Source: Felis catus (taxonomy: Eukaryota). From it: a DNA stretch of 64,000 bases. The DNA lies in the NCBI RefSeq assembly GCF_018350175.1, contig NC_058368.1, positions 128,156,001 through 128,220,000 on the forward strand, in the 5' to 3' direction. Each line of letters starts with the position of its first letter. The stretch's first letter is position 1. Positions 1-13,930 of this stretch are shown here, one piece after another. The notes under the pieces were generated by a model, which saw only the letters and a list, made by a program, of their open reading frames with translations, had not been told where the DNA came from and did no database searches. The translations under genes were made by a program, and so were the position numbers.

Positions 1-200
1 ACTCTACGTGGAAAGCCCAAAAGATTCCCCCAAAATACTGTTAGAACTGACACATGAATTCAGCAAAGTTGCAGGATATAATATAAACCTAAAGAAACTG
101 GTTGCATTTCTATACACCAATAATGAAGCAGCAGGAAAGAAATTAAGGAATCAGTCCCATTTTTACAATTACACCGAAAACCTTAAGATACCTAAATATA

Positions 201-406
201 GGGGCACCTGGGTGGCTCAGTTGGCTAACTATCCAACTTGGGTTCAGGTCATGATCTCATGGTTAGTGAGCCCCACGTTGGGCTCTGTGCTAACAGCCAA
301 GAGTCTGGAGCCTGCTTCAGATTCTGTGTCTCCTTCTCTCTCTGCTCCTCCCCCGCATTCACTCACTCGCTCGCTCTCTCATAAATAAACATTAAATTTT
401 TTTTTA
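201..406 (+). mobile_element. Can-SINE inserted in L1
   Basis: ggggcacctgggtggctcag head, CT-rich tract, aataaa tail; ttaagatacc is present on both sides. Confidence 0.93.
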
Positions 407-1638
407 ATATTAAGATACCCAGGAATAAACCTAACCAAAGTAGAAGAGCTATATGCTGAAACTATAGAAAGCTTATGAAATAAATTGAAGAAGACACAAA
501 GAAGTGGAAAAACATTCCATGCTCATAGAATGGAAGAACAAATATTGTTAAAATGTTGATACTACCGAAAGCAATCTTCACATTCAATGCAATCCCTATC
601 AAAATAACATCAGCATTCTTCACAGAGCTAGAACAATCATAAAGTTTGTAGGGAATCAAAAAAAATTAATTGAAAAAGAAAACCAAAGCTGGAGGCATCA
701 CAATCTGGAATTCAAGATGTATTACAAAGCTGTAATGATCAACACAGTACGTACTGGTACAAAAACAGAAACACAGATCAATGGAACAGAGTAGAGAACA
801 CAGAGATGGACCAACAAACATATGGCCAAATAGTTTTGGAAAGCAGGAAAGAATGTCCAGTGGAAAAAAGATGGTCTCTTCAGCAAATGGTGTTGAGAAA
901 ACTGGACAGCAACATGCACAAGAATGAAATTCGACCACTCTTGCACCATACACAAAAATAAATTCAAAATCCAAGACCTAAATGCGAGACAGGAAATCAT
1001 GAAAATCCTAGAGGAGAAAACAGACAGCACCTTCTTTGACCTCAGCCACAGCAACTTCTTACTAGATGTGTCTCCAGAGGCAATGGAAACAAAAGCAAAA
1101 ATGAACCAATTTATCATCAACATAAAAACCTTCTGCACAGTCAAGGAAATAATCAACAAAACTAAAAGGCAACTGAGAGAATGAGAGACAATATTTACAA
1201 ATGACATTTTGGGTAAAGGGTTAGTATCTAAAGTCTATAAAGAACTTACCAAACTCAACACCCAAAAATACAAATAATCCAGTGAAGAAATGGGCAAAAG
1301 ACATGCAGAGACACTTTTCCAAAGAAGACATTCAGATGGCTCACAGACACATGAAAAGATGCTCAACATCACTTATCACCAGGGAAATACAAATCAAAAC
1401 CACAATGAGATACCACCTCACACCTGTCAGAGTGGCTAAAATGAACAACTCAGGAAACAACAGATGTTGGCAAAGATGCAGAGAAAGAGGAACCCTTTAG
1501 CACTGTTGGTGGGAATGCAAACTGGTGCAGCCCCTCTGGAAAACAGTATGGAGGTTCCTCAGAAAAATAAAAGATAGCATTTATCTATGACCAGGGCTAC
1601 TCTAAATATTTACCCAAAGGATACAAAAATGCTCATTC

Positions 1639-1868
1639 GGGGCGCCTGGGTGGCACAGTCGGTTAAGCGTCCGACTTCAGCCAGGTCACGATCTCGCGGT
1701 CCGTGAGTTCGAGCCCCGCGTCAGGCTCTGGGCTGATGGCTCGGAGCCTGGAGCCTGTTTCTGATTCTGTGTCTCCCTCTCTCTCTGCCCCTCCCCCGTT
1801 CATGTTCTGTCTCTCTCTGTCCCAAAAATAAAATAAAAAACGTTGAAAAAAAATTTAAAAAAAAAAAA
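1639..1868 (+). mobile_element. Young felid Can-SINE inserted in L1
   Basis: CpG-rich head with A and B boxes and a long A tail. TSD acaaaaatgctcattc at 1623-1638 and 1869-1884. Confidence 0.97.
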
Positions 1869-4699
1869 ACAAAAATGCTCATTCGAAGGGGCACATGAAC
1901 CCCAATGTTTATAGCAGCACTATCAACAATAACAAAATTATCGAAAGAGCCAAATGTCCATTGACTGACAAATGGATAAAGAAGACATGGTGTATATAGA
2001 ATATTACTCAGGAATCAAAAAGAATGAAATCTCACTATTTGCAACAACATGGATGGAACGAGAGTATATTATATTAAGTGAAATAAGTCAGAGAAAGACA
2101 AATATATGATTTCACTCATATGGAATTTAAGAAACATAGCAAATGAACATAGTGGAAGGGAAGAAAAATAAGATAAAAACAGACAGAGAGAGAGACAAAC
2201 TATAAGAAACTCAATTACAGAGAACAAGCTGAGGGTTGCTGGAGGTGAGGTGGGTGAGGGAATGGGCTAAATGAGTGATGGTTACTAAGAGGGTACTTGT
2301 TGGGATCAGCAGTGGGTATTATATGTAAGTGATGAATCACTGGGTTCTAGTCTTAAAATCAGTACTATACGGTATACTAACTCACCTGAATTTAGTTTTT
2401 AAAAAAATAAAACAAATTTAAAAAAATCTAACCCACTATCAGGCTTCCATTAAAAAAAATGAGCTGCTGGCTTAGTCAAAAGTCTCAGGAGTGACCACTC
2501 CAACAGAGAAATCAGCATCTACTGATCAAGTCCTACAGAGTATCAAGGCCACAGAACTACAAAGACTAACCCAGAATGGAATTGTCGTGCTCATCCATAG
2601 ACAATGGATTCTTCCCCATTAAAAGGAGATCTTGAGGACCTGAATCTCTTGGAAATGATAATTCTATGGCAACCCATCAGTCTGAAAGGGGTGGGGAATA
2701 CATCCAAATGAAAAGCAAAAACAAAGGAAAATATATTATTTAATAGCATCTTATAAGAGGAAGAGCCATTCCTGAAAAGGATGATTTACTTAATGCCAGA
2801 TATATATATGAACATCTTTTCTACATGGAATATATGCAACATGGCCAACATGTCTCATTGTGACCTGGTTCCAGAAAGTTTACTTGGACTTAGAAACAGT
2901 GACAAAATCCTCAGAGATCTAGAAAAAGACTGGACTGTTTTGCCCACTGGCCAGTCATGGTTGCCAAGTTCTGGATGAAGGAATTTCAGAGCAGTCTTGG
3001 AGCCTCTAAGTATGAAGTGTGACTATTTTGTGTCAGGGTAATGACAGTGACCCAAAAATGACACAAATGCACTGATGTTTAAAAAATTAATAATATGTAT
3101 GAAAACACAAATGTCCTTGTGTTTTCCCACTAGTGAAGGGGACGTGTGTTGGGTTGATCAAGTTTCATCTTCTCCAGAATTCAAGTCAAGTCTCTTTCCA
3201 GCCACAGACCAAGTAATTCCATACTCTACTTCTAATACCAGAATTCTGAACAGAAGAAAGAAAAGTACTCAATCTACTTTCATTCAATATCCTCTATCAT
3301 CCCTATCTTGCTATTCAGGATCTCAATAGTGCTCAAGTAAATGATGTTGATTTTTCTTTGTTTGGTTTATTATCCAAGTAATTGAAGAACCTAACCCCTT
3401 GACATGAAATAGAAGCATAAGTCAAATACTGTTTAAAAAACAAAACATCACATTGTTGCAACAGGCACAGTGGTTTTATCTGCTTTAAAGCTGTTGTGCC
3501 GAGTCTGACAGTTCATGGCCAGCGGTGCAGATTCGCCAAGCGGTAATGAGGGCAGTTACCCTGCCCCAGGCAAGCAAAGCACAGCAGCTCTCCTCTCCAC
3601 TCCTCCTCCTACCTGTTAGGTTGGCTAATAGGCAATAATCCCTTTAGTAACGAATATGGGACACATTTCTTCTAGAGCCATTTTTAAAATTTGAACCAGG
3701 GAAAAACCTCAAAAATCTCTCAAACAAATGAATCGTTTGGGCTATTTGCTGCATTCCAGGGACTGGTTTTTATTTTTAAAAACACTTTCATGAAACGGGG
3801 CTTTGGATCTTTTTACCAAGCAAAAATGAACTAGTTACTTTTCTTCATTTTTACTCTCAGTTGGCTCTTGTGGGCCTCAAGAGTTATTTTCTGCAGCAAG
3901 AGGTGTGCTGTCCCCCCAGATAACTAGATGTTGAGTGGATGGAACGGCGCGATCTGTAGATGCCTCCTCATGAAGTTCAAACAAGTTCTGAGGCCTCAGA
4001 CACAGGATGTTTTGAATCACATACATTCAAAGGACACTAAGGGGGTACACGATTTGGTGCCTAGGACTTTAAAATTTCAAGAAAGCTGAACCAACACAAC
4101 ATTTTTCTCCCTCTCATCTGTGATGACTTGATACGTAGAGTCTTTTGGTAGCACAAAGGTCCTGTATAGGAAGTTTCCTTTTAATATACAAAGACCCTGG
4201 AGAGAAAGTTCACTATGCAGTGCTTTGGTCTGAGTTACAAAAAGACACTCTTCCTCCACACTCCATCTCAGGACTTGAATTAGCAAAGTATGAGTTGGAT
4301 TTCAGCCTCCCTGCACCCACTGGCCTGGCCTCTCACTGTTGCTGAAAAGTACTTTGGTATCTTTGCAATCTTAGAGAACATTTATTCTCCCATTCATTGA
4401 TCACATGTCTTGGGCATGACTATGGGTAGGTTACTTCAGAAAAGGTTCCTCATTCTGAGTGCATGAATGTCATGAGCAATGATGCAGAAGGTGCTAAGAT
4501 AAAACGAGCCTGGTGCGGAAGAATATTCTGGTTTCAGTGGAGTATAGGACAGTCGTGGATGATTGAGCTTCTAAGAGGGCTTGCAGGACTAGCCAATAGA
4601 AGACCATAAATTAAAGAAGTTTTAGAGGAAAGGAATACTTTGCCAACACTGAGCTTTGAGGACACAGACTTGGTGATGGTCAACAGGAAAAACTGGTGT

Positions 4700-5130
4700 T
4701 TGTCAATGGTAGAGGAAATCTGGAGGCCAAAAGCCAGTTAGGAAGTTGGTAGAGTATATTATTGCCTAAACATTCACCAGCACCTACCAAGGTAATATTA
4801 TATAATCTTAATCCTGGATATATATTCTCAGGCCTGGCTGTAATATTTGATTTAAAAAATAAAATAGGACTAAGTAGAATATGTACTGCTTCCAACTAAA
4901 ACTTTTAGAGTCATCGTATGATTCCATAATATGCTCCCTTACCTGATCTTTGCCACAATATCCTATATTAGGGCTGCTGCTTCAGTCTGGGTCCTAGAGT
5001 GACAATAATATGCAACAGAGCTATAGTCAACTCATAATGGGAAAGTACCAGGATCAAAAAATACTCCTTTTTTTGGGTAAGCTACTTAGTTTTATGGATT
5101 ATTTGTTAGTGCAGCATAATATCCTAAATT
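4700..5130 (+). mobile_element. Old MaLR (MLT1-like) LTR fragment
   Basis: 3' end taagctacttagttttatggattatttgttagtgcagcata resembles MLT1 LTR ends; the 5' boundary is uncertain. Confidence 0.5.
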
Positions 5131-5417
5131 CACAGACATGGGAAGCTAACAACCTAAAAAAAGGTGAAAGCAGTAAGGTCTTAGACTAGATAAACACAAG
5201 CAGTATTGTACAGGAAAAGACACAACAATAACCATAACAAGAACAACAAACCATCATCTACCATTCATTTAGTATATATACATTCAGAATTATGTTAACC
5301 ACATCTCATTTAGTCCTCATAGAGCTAGAACTCAAACATTTACCTGTTTAACACTGCCATACATGCTCTTACCCACTTTTCCCAACAACCAATAATCACT
5401 TGGTGATTGCATATACA

Positions 5418-5998
5418 TGTGGGTTAACTCATCAGGCCTGGGTTGCTCAAAACCTGCACATTCTCAAGAAAGACTTGTCTTCAGAACTAGTCCTTGGCTG
5501 GCTCCAAGCCCAAGCACACTCTGCCTGGTGAGTGCTATATGACTAAGGCCTTGTACCATACATTATCAGTTTGATCAAATAATTTATGCTAACAATGTGG
5601 TTTCTGTTCAATGTCTGTTTTGTCCCTGCAGATATGGAGTCTGAGTAGATGAGGGGAGTCATGCTAGCACTGTATGCCTACATAAATGACCCCCCCCATA
5701 AAAATCCTGGACATGAAGACTCAGGTGAGCCTCCCTACTTGGAAATACTTTGAATATATTGTCACACATCACTACTCAGAGAATTTAGTGCATCCATGCA
5801 ACTTCACTGAGACCCAAGTTTTTTAAGCTTGAATCTAATTTCTCCTCATCTTCATCCTATGAGTATTTCCCTTTTCTCATTTTAATCTGTATCTTTTCAC
5901 TGCAATCAACCATGACCCTGAGTGTTACAGTTGTTCTGGGTCATATGAGTCCTTTTAGCAAGCCAGCAAGCCTGAGGGTAGTCGAGGAAAGCTGTGAC
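5418..5998 (+). mobile_element. Solo ERVL-class LTR, MER77/MER21-like
   Basis: Starts TGTGGGTTAA..caggcctgggtt..aacctgcacatt. Contains ccccataaaaatcctggac..tcaggtgagcctccct and ttttaatctgtatcttttcactgcaat..tgagtccttttagc, which I recall as typical of this family. Confidence 0.7.
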
Positions 5999-6880
5999 CT
6001 AAGAACCCAAGACAGGTGAGTGTCAAAAAAGCTCCTCAATTTTCAAGTCTGGGTGGCTCAAAAAATGGTGGTTCACAGAAGGAATTGGTGAGCATAGGTG
6101 GGAGGCAGCAAAGATGGCAGCTGAGAAGCTGAGGCAGCTGAGAAGTAGAGGAAGGAGGGTAAGGTTGGTGGTTGACTTACGTATCCAAGTAGGCGTGCGC
6201 AATGGGAAATGTATAACTGGAGTCTATGCTGGAAGCTCAGGATGGACACAGAAGTTAAGGGCTGCAACCATGAAAATGCATGAGAGTACTGTGAAAAAGA
6301 TTAAAGGAACGGCAAGGAGTTGAATACAAATTGTGGAGGATGTAACATGGCTGTCAACGAAAAGGGAGATAACTTATATCTACTTCCCAAGTTATCATAA
6401 ATCATGGTCTAATTTTGTATACATTTTTATTAATCCAGTATACGATAGGCTTTATTTAAGAAAATCACTGCTAATGAGTTTTTTTCAATATATAAATAGC
6501 ATTAAAAATCAGCAGTATTGATTTTCTCATAGAATCTTCATTTTCAAGTGCACTTAAAATCTTATCTCATGAGCAAAGCATTCACAAATGACTGTGATAA
6601 CCATCAATACTTCCAAATAACCTGGGGCAAAGGGAAGCCCCAGTCATTCATACTATTTGTTCACAGACCTGTGGGGCTGCCACCAGGGATATTTTTTATA
6701 GGTTTATTTATGTTGTTAGCCACCCCAAAATTGGGGTCAAAATGAAGAAAAATAGCTCTGTTGCATTTTCTTCAAACATCAAACAAAGCTAGAGGCCAAG
6801 AGCATGAACTCAAGCCTGTCACTTCCGCAGTTTTCCATTGTGCTTCTAGATTTTTTTTTTCTATACAAGAATGGATTTGG

Positions 6881-7104
6881 GGGGTGCCTGGGTGGCTCCA
6901 TCGGTTAAGCATCCGACTTCAGCTCAGGTCATGATCTCACAGTCCGTGAGTTCGAACCCCGCATCAGGCTCTGTGCTGACAGCTCAGAGCCTGGAGCCTG
7001 TTTCAGATTCTGTGTCTCCCTCTTTCTCTGACCCTCCCCTGTTCATGCTCTCTCTCTCTCTGTCTCAAAAATAAATAAACATTAAAAAAAATTAAAAAAA
7101 AAAA
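6881..7104 (+). mobile_element. Can-SINE
   Basis: Full head, CT tract and A tail. TSD aagaatggatttgg at 6867-6880 and 7105-7118. Confidence 0.96.
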
Positions 7105-8104
7105 AAGAATGGATTTGGAATCATTTCAGAGGTTCCTTCAAATAATGTTTCAGTGGAATTCAGAGTTTCTACCTGACATTCCTCCATTTTACCTGAAGAG
7201 ACAGCTCCCCCCCACCTATGCGTGCCCCCAAAGTACTTCTTACTGAGGCATCAGAAAATACTGTATCTGTCTTAAATGTTCTTTTTTGGTACATCTACCC
7301 TTTTATACTAGATAAGAACATGCATTCTAGTTTTAGAAGAGCTCTATGAATTGGTTCTCGGGCCTCATACTTGACAGTGAACACCAGGGAAACCTAATCA
7401 GGCTATAGCCAGTCTTGCCCTACCATACCTCTCACAGTGGAGAATTCCACTCCAGGAGCTTAGACTCATTGAAAGCCATTGAAAGAGCAACATTCAAACC
7501 AGTGTCTCAAAGGCTCCCCCATGTGTGCACATGAAAAATAACTCACCAGAGGAAAAATTCATTGGATTAAGTACAGAATAACAGGGATCAACTTTCCTAT
7601 CTCAAAACTGTGCAAAGATACAAAAAAATACCATGTTATACAATTATTATTTTATTTACACACGTGTCCTGTTTAAAACCTAAAGAATAATTAATTGGGT
7701 TGATTTTGTGCAGATTGTAGCATCAGCAAATGAAATACATGCATAAAAAATTGATTTTTATAAGAAAAGTGAAAGGGGGCAAAATAATGAAAAATAATTG
7801 GATGTGTTCCAACTGTAAATACACACAAAAAGAAAAGATAAGCCATCTGAATGCAACATAAATAAGCGATTTAAATATTTCAGCCTATAAAAGGAATTAC
7901 ATGAAAATAAACCAAAACATTTGTTGTTAATTTCCAGAAAGCATTTGCATAATGGAAATATTTTCAGATTTCCCCTTTTTGCCAATTTATCTTTCCCTTA
8001 GGGAAAAACATACTACAGCTAAGACTGCTGTGTTAACCAGCGACTTTCAAGCAAAAGGTAGGTTTCCAGAATATTAAAACCAAGCAAAGATTTTTTTTCC
8101 CAAC

Positions 8105-8440
8105 CTCCGTCTTTTACAGATGAAGAAACTGAACTCAGAGGAATGAACAGACTTGTCTAAGCTCACACAATAGAAAAGCTGAGAGCAGACCCCTAGTCTG
8201 TTTTCTAGTCCAATCATTACTCCTTTACACTATGCTATCACCCAATTTTTAATAATACTAACAAATAAAAATTAAAAATACAGTAACAAAGAGTTCTTCT
8301 AATACTAAAAGGTACTAAGCACTTACTCTATGCCAGCCATGTTTTGAAGTACATTGCATAAATTAACTCACTGGGCACTGAGAAGAATCCTCTGAGGTTC
8401 TATTATTATCTCCATTTTACACATGAGGAAATGAGGCACA
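8105..8440 (-). mobile_element. MIR fragments
   Basis: Core motifs ttttacagatgaagaaactgaactcagag and tattattatctccattttacacatgaggaaatgaggcaca. Confidence 0.7.
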
Positions 8441-8531
8441 AATAAATACCTCCCCTCAGGATCTGAGAGATTCAGGGGTAGAGCCACTATAATGGCTAGC
8501 CACACAGTCTAACTGCAGAGATCAAATTCTT

Positions 8532-8543
8532 TTTTTTAAGTTT

Positions 8544-8591
<48 letters not shown>

Positions 8592-8768
8592 GAAAGAGAG
8601 GGAGGGAGAATGAATGGGGATGTTCAGAGAGAGAAGGGGACAGAGGATCCGAAGCAGGCTCTGTGCTGAACAGCACAAAGGCTGATACAGGGCTGGAACT
8701 CACAAACCTTGAGATCATGATCTGAGCCAAACTCAGACGCTTAACCAAATGAGCCACCCAGGCTCCCT
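8532..8768 (-). mobile_element. Can-SINE with (TAAA)n-expanded tail
   Basis: Reverse-strand head and (ttta)n tail; TSD cagagatcaaattctt on both sides. Confidence 0.95.
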
Positions 8769-9299
8769 CAGAGATCAAATTCTTAACCACAGGTAACTGA
8801 ATATGGTGCAGAAAGTAAAGTTGTTATTCAAAATGCAAAGGGCATCAGATGTAGGATTAAACCTTACTCTTTAGGCAACATAAAACTAAAAGCTGTGATA
8901 ATTAAAACAGAAGTAGGATCAACTTAAAGGAAATAAATAACAACCAGTTCAAAAGGAAAATCCTTACCCACTTAGAACAAACCTGAAGCTTTATAAGTAT
9001 CCAATTTCATATAAGTCATCTAAATAGAGGGCTGCATTCTTCAGTATACCAACTGAAATCAGGCTTATCTATAATTAGAAATTATTCTTATGTATTCATT
9101 AACACAATCTCTCTTCTAGGCAACTGGTGCTGAGCCTATATGCCATGCAATAAAACCAAATTTTGTAATGTGTAGATGTGCTGAGGCGGTGGGGGGGGGG
9201 GGGGGTATTCTCCTCCCTTTTCAATTGATCCAAATTGATACAAACTGCATAAAGACAGCAGTAACCACCTAGTTGCCACATTCAATGGTTAAGTTTCAC

Positions 9300-9850
9300 C
9301 TTGCCAAACTTCTATTTTGTCTTCCTCCAGATACTCTCCCTCTCCTGCCTTCTGTGACATCATTCCCTTTGGCCCTTGCCTCATCTTTCACTGCTCATTA
9401 GCAGATTCCTCCTCCTAAATCTGCTTGTTAAAGGTTGGTATTCCCAGAGCTTGGTCCTTGCTGGATTACTCCTTCCCCCTACCACTCCCACCAACAGCTT
9501 TTCTCCTATTTAGGGGCTCATGCCTGGCTTCCAAATTGTGGTCCCCAAGCTAGTTCTCTCTTCTAAGCTTGACAATATCCATGGAAATACCACAAATTCA
9601 GTGTAATCAAATCCAAAACCCTTAGATTTCACCAAAAATCTTATTCCCCGTTCCCACCTTCCTTAGCTTTATTTGAAGGGTTCTCCCAGTCTATAAGCCC
9701 AAAGCTTGAATCACTCCAGACTGTTCCCCTCTCTCTCAGGACACATCCAGCTAGAATGAAATTTCTATGAATCATACTTTCTAAACTGCTCTTAAGTCTT
9801 TACTTCTTACTTCCATTCTTATGAAAAACACCTAACATCCACCGATCCAC
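9300..9850 (+). mobile_element. Ancient L2 fragment
   Basis: Pyrimidine-rich L2-like sequence, e.g. ttaaaggttggtattcccagagcttggtccttg and atatccatggaaatacc. Confidence 0.5.
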
Positions 9851-11052
9851 CATCATCAACCTATCTCTCCTTATGCAGAAAAAAAAAAAAAACCTAAAAA
9901 CTCATTAGTTTGGGTTCCACAGGGTCTGGAAGGATGGCAGGGCTGGGAAGGAAGTCAATGTTGGTGTGTTAAGGATCAGATAAACTCTGTGAGCAATCAA
10001 GATTGTAGCCCACTAGGGACACCGGGAGACTACAGAGCATGCTGCATATTTGTCCCACCCCAGATGCAAAGAAGCAGAGACATTTATCCATCAGTGTTTG
10101 AGGGCTGCTCCCAAGGGAGTTCACCCCTGGCTCTTCTGATCTGCCTCCTTACAGTCTTGCAAACTGGTAATGCTGACACTTGTAGCTAACTACTGTCCTG
10201 TCAGGAAGGCTGACTGCTGAGATAAAATAAGAGGGGCACTGGCAGTGCCTGCCTCAAATCAGTGCATGGCTCCCCAGGGTTTAGAGAAAATCCAAGTGTC
10301 CCTGTGTAGCCCACAAGATGTTCCATGATCTGTTCCCCACATGTTTTGTTCACGATTTCCCAGGCTTCCTGCCCTAACACTCCTGGGCTCTAGTCTCACC
10401 AACCTACCAGTGGGTTCCAGGACCCTAATGCTATTGCCACCTCTGTGTTTTGCATCTATTATTCCCTCTTCTAGGAATATGCACCTCATCCTCTCAGCTC
10501 TATTCCCATCGACACGGAATACCCCAACTTTTTGACGAAGATATATACAGATTACAGATCTCCCCATCCCAAGACCTCAAACCTTCAATTCCTTACACCC
10601 ATGCTGAGCACATTTGCCTGTGCCACTGTCCTGCTTTGTATCTGTCTCTCTTAGCCAACTGCATAGGAGTTACTAGTCCATGTGGCTAGACCAGCTTGCT
10701 GCGGTGTGAACTCCGGACCAGCAAGGACTGTGCATGATTGATCTGTCTTCCCAGAGCCCAACACAAGGAAGAAGAACAACAGGAAAAACACCAAATAATT
10801 CCTGACAACTCTATGCGTCATAAATACATAATGTAAGTTTCCAATTGATAAGACAAAGCTTAGACCAAAAGAAAAACAAAAACTGGTTGGGGGGTAGGGG
10901 GATAGCAATTCTCTCTTTAGTGCATCCTTTTCTAAAAAACCAAAATGCTAATTAGGGATGTTATTCCTTACATGTGAGGTATAAATCAATTTGGTCCATT
11001 CTGTCTCAGCTTCCTTAGCTATATGCCTCTTTATTGCACAGATTTCCTTAAA

Positions 11053-11265
11053 TTTTTTTTCCAACGTTTTTTATTTATTTTTGGGACAGAGAGAGACAGA
11101 GCATGAATGGGGGAGGGGCAGAGAGAGAGGGAGACAGAATTGGAAACAGGCTCCAGGCTCTGAGCCATCGGCCCAGAGCCCGACAAGGGGCTCGAACCCA
11201 CGGACCGCGAGGTCATGACCTGGCTGAAGTCAGACGCTTAACCGACTGCACCACCCAGGCGCCCC
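11053..11265 (-). mobile_element. Young felid Can-SINE
   Basis: CpG-rich and close in sequence to the copy at 1639. TSD atttccttaaa at 11042-11052 and 11268-11278. Confidence 0.96.
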
Positions 11266-12491
11266 ATATTTCCTTAAAGGGAATCTAATGCTTAAGACAC
11301 CCTGATAGGAAACCCCTGAGAATATATCCTCTACATATTTACTCAGGGATATTTTGTAACATGACAACCTCTCACACTCAGGCTCTGTCATGTGCCTGAC
11401 AGTGAGTTACCCTTACACTGAACTCATTTAGATACCCCTAGAAAGATGATACAAGCAATGTAATTACCCTCCTAAGACCTGCTTTACAGGCCTCTCAAGG
11501 TCACCCGCATTTGTTCCCAGCTGAGCTGTCCCTGCAGGGGATTTCCACCAGCTTCAATGCTGATGGGCAAAAAGCCAATGCAGTGTGGGATGGGGGGTGC
11601 AGATGGGGATAGCCCTGCCCAGCAACTTTCTATGGATTGGTCATAAGCAACTTGTTTACTTGCAAATGTAACCAACCCTGAATAATGATTCAATTCTGAT
11701 TCTAGTGCTTTTTTTTTTTAAGAGAGGATGAAAAGGAGAAAGGGGTGATGAACTATTTCTAGAGGCCATTTAGTCCAGCTAAAATTGATGTGAAAACTAA
11801 GCATACTGCAGATATCTTTGATCTGGGATCCTGTGACACAGTTTGTGCAGGACAACTGTTGTTTGAAATTCTATGATTCATTGATCACTTTCACCATGTC
11901 TGATGGAAACTAAATTGCCTCCAATCCATGCAGACGTGATTTCTGCTTTTATTCCTCTGTTTCGCCCTGTCCTTACAATTTCACAACAGGAAGGAAAAAC
12001 AATCACATTAGATCATCCTTGTTGAAGGCTTTAATACTGGGGGTTGCCTTCCATCACCTGTGTTTTGGGTCTTGCCCTAACCAAAACTGGGATTCTTTAA
12101 TAGGAGATGATAGCAATCTACAAATACAATAACAATGCAACCTGTTACAGCAAAAAGCAAAGAAGGAATGTTTTAATGCCCTGCACGCAAGGCAAGTTGG
12201 CTGTTTATGTTTTATTTCATATTTTCAGACCCACTGCAGGCAGCCAAGGAGTTGTTACTCAAAACCTTTCACTGACCTCATAAGAAGCAATGTAAATAGA
12301 CTTCTTGCCCAATGACGCCAATGCAAAAACCAGTCTCTATGTGTTTTTGTATTTGGGGAAACTTTTGTATATATTGCTTCCAATTCCTTATGCAGATGAA
12401 TAGAGTTTTGCTTTGGTGTAAACTGATACCAATCTTTGCAAGTTTCTGTTTCTCCTGGTTCCTCTTCACTGACTACAAAACTAAGGTAAGA

Positions 12492-12700
12492 GGGGCACCT
12501 GGGTGGTTCAGTCGGTTAAGCGTCCGACTTCGGCTCAGGTCATGATCTCACGGTCCGTGAGTTCGAGCCCCGCGTCGGGCTCTGTGCTGACAGGTCAGAG
12601 CCTGGAGCCTGTTTCAGATTCTGTGTCTCCCTCTCTCTCTGACCCTCCCCGTTCATGCTCTGTCTCTCTCTGTCTCAAAAATAAATGTTAAAAAAAAAAA
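12492..12700 (+). mobile_element. Young felid Can-SINE
   Basis: CpGs retained; TSD aaaactaaggtaaga on both sides. Confidence 0.96.
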
Positions 12701-13464
12701 AAAACTAAGGTAAGAAAGAGCGGAAAGGTAATGGGGGTGGGGCGCAGAATGGGGAACACTGTACTGAACTCCCCTTTTCACTCCTACACTCCTCGGTACT
12801 CTCCTTCCCTGGCATCCATATCCCAGAGCTGTTTCATGGGCAAAACCTTGTCCTTAAAGGCTTGAGGTGTCTAGTAATGCAATACCCAGCGGTTAACACC
12901 AACTAACAATTAATTCAACAAATATCCCTTCAGTACTCGAAGACCAAGTTATGACTTTTCTAAGCTTGTTCATTTCATTGCGTTCTCATCTCAACATTCC
13001 TTTGAAGAAATCGAGGACAGGGTTTTAATTCACATTTTATCATCCAAGAAATTGGAATATATAGGCTTTGTACTTCATTCACAAATAAAATGCAAATCTG
13101 TGAGAGTGTAAGGATAAAACCCAGGTCTTAGTAAGAGGAAACCCAGTGACTGTCCTTTCCCTTATCCTTCCTTATCTTACTGCAAATTCCATTTTACAAC
13201 AAAGAATGGTGGAAAGAGATTGTTGTCTCAGAGCTTCTCTGTCAGGGGTCTATATGCTTACGGACGAATGTTTAAGATTCTGAGGCTTCTGTGTGCAAAA
13301 AGTTGATACATGTGCATTTTTCTGAGGATAGAGGCAATAACTCCAAACAGTTAAGAATGGTTTAATCACATGGTTTATATTATATATACTTGAAATAACA
13401 AACCAATTACATATGCGACCTGAAATTTCTCCTTCCTCTCGCCCAAAATGTACCTTACTGCTAT

Positions 13465-13930
13465 TATCCACTTACAACCATATCTCAAAAGTAATTGCTT
13501 AAAGTAACAATAATCATTTGTTTTCTCACAGACCTTCATTTGGAGCAGGGTTCAGCAGGCATAGCTCATGTCTGTTCTACATGATGTCAGCTGGGTCACT
13601 CAACTAGGACTGAATGATCTATTTCCAAGATGACTGTCACACATGCTGGAAGCTGGTTCGTCTCCAAGTGGGCCTTTGTGTAGAGTAGGCTTAGCTTCCT
13701 CACAGCATGGTTGCCAGGTTCCAAGAGGGAACACCTTAAGAAACATGAAGTGGAAACTACCAATATCCGAAAGCCTGCACCCAAAGACTGACACAGTGGC
13801 ACATCTGCCAGATTGTATTGGTCAAGCAGTCACAATGTTCAAGGGGAGACAGCACAGACTCCACTTCTTCATGAGGTGACTAGAAAAGAGTCAAAGGATT
13901 TTGAGGTCATGTTTAAAAAACTGCCACGTA
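13465..13930 (-). mobile_element. MaLR MLT1-type solo LTR
   Basis: Motifs cttaaagtaacaataatcatttg, ggcttagcttcctcacagcatgg and tattggtcaagcagtcaca..ttcaaggggag..agactccacttctt. Confidence 0.75.

Larger units (their letters stand above)
1..2420 (+). mobile_element. Degraded carnivore LINE-1: 3' part of ORF2 plus 3' UTR, interrupted by two SINEs and cut by the window edge
   Basis: Peptides [37 protein letters not shown] and [20 protein letters not shown] match ORF2 of the near-intact L1 at 51261-55085. Many stops and frameshifts; G-rich 3' UTR; A-rich end near 2400. Confidence 0.95.
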
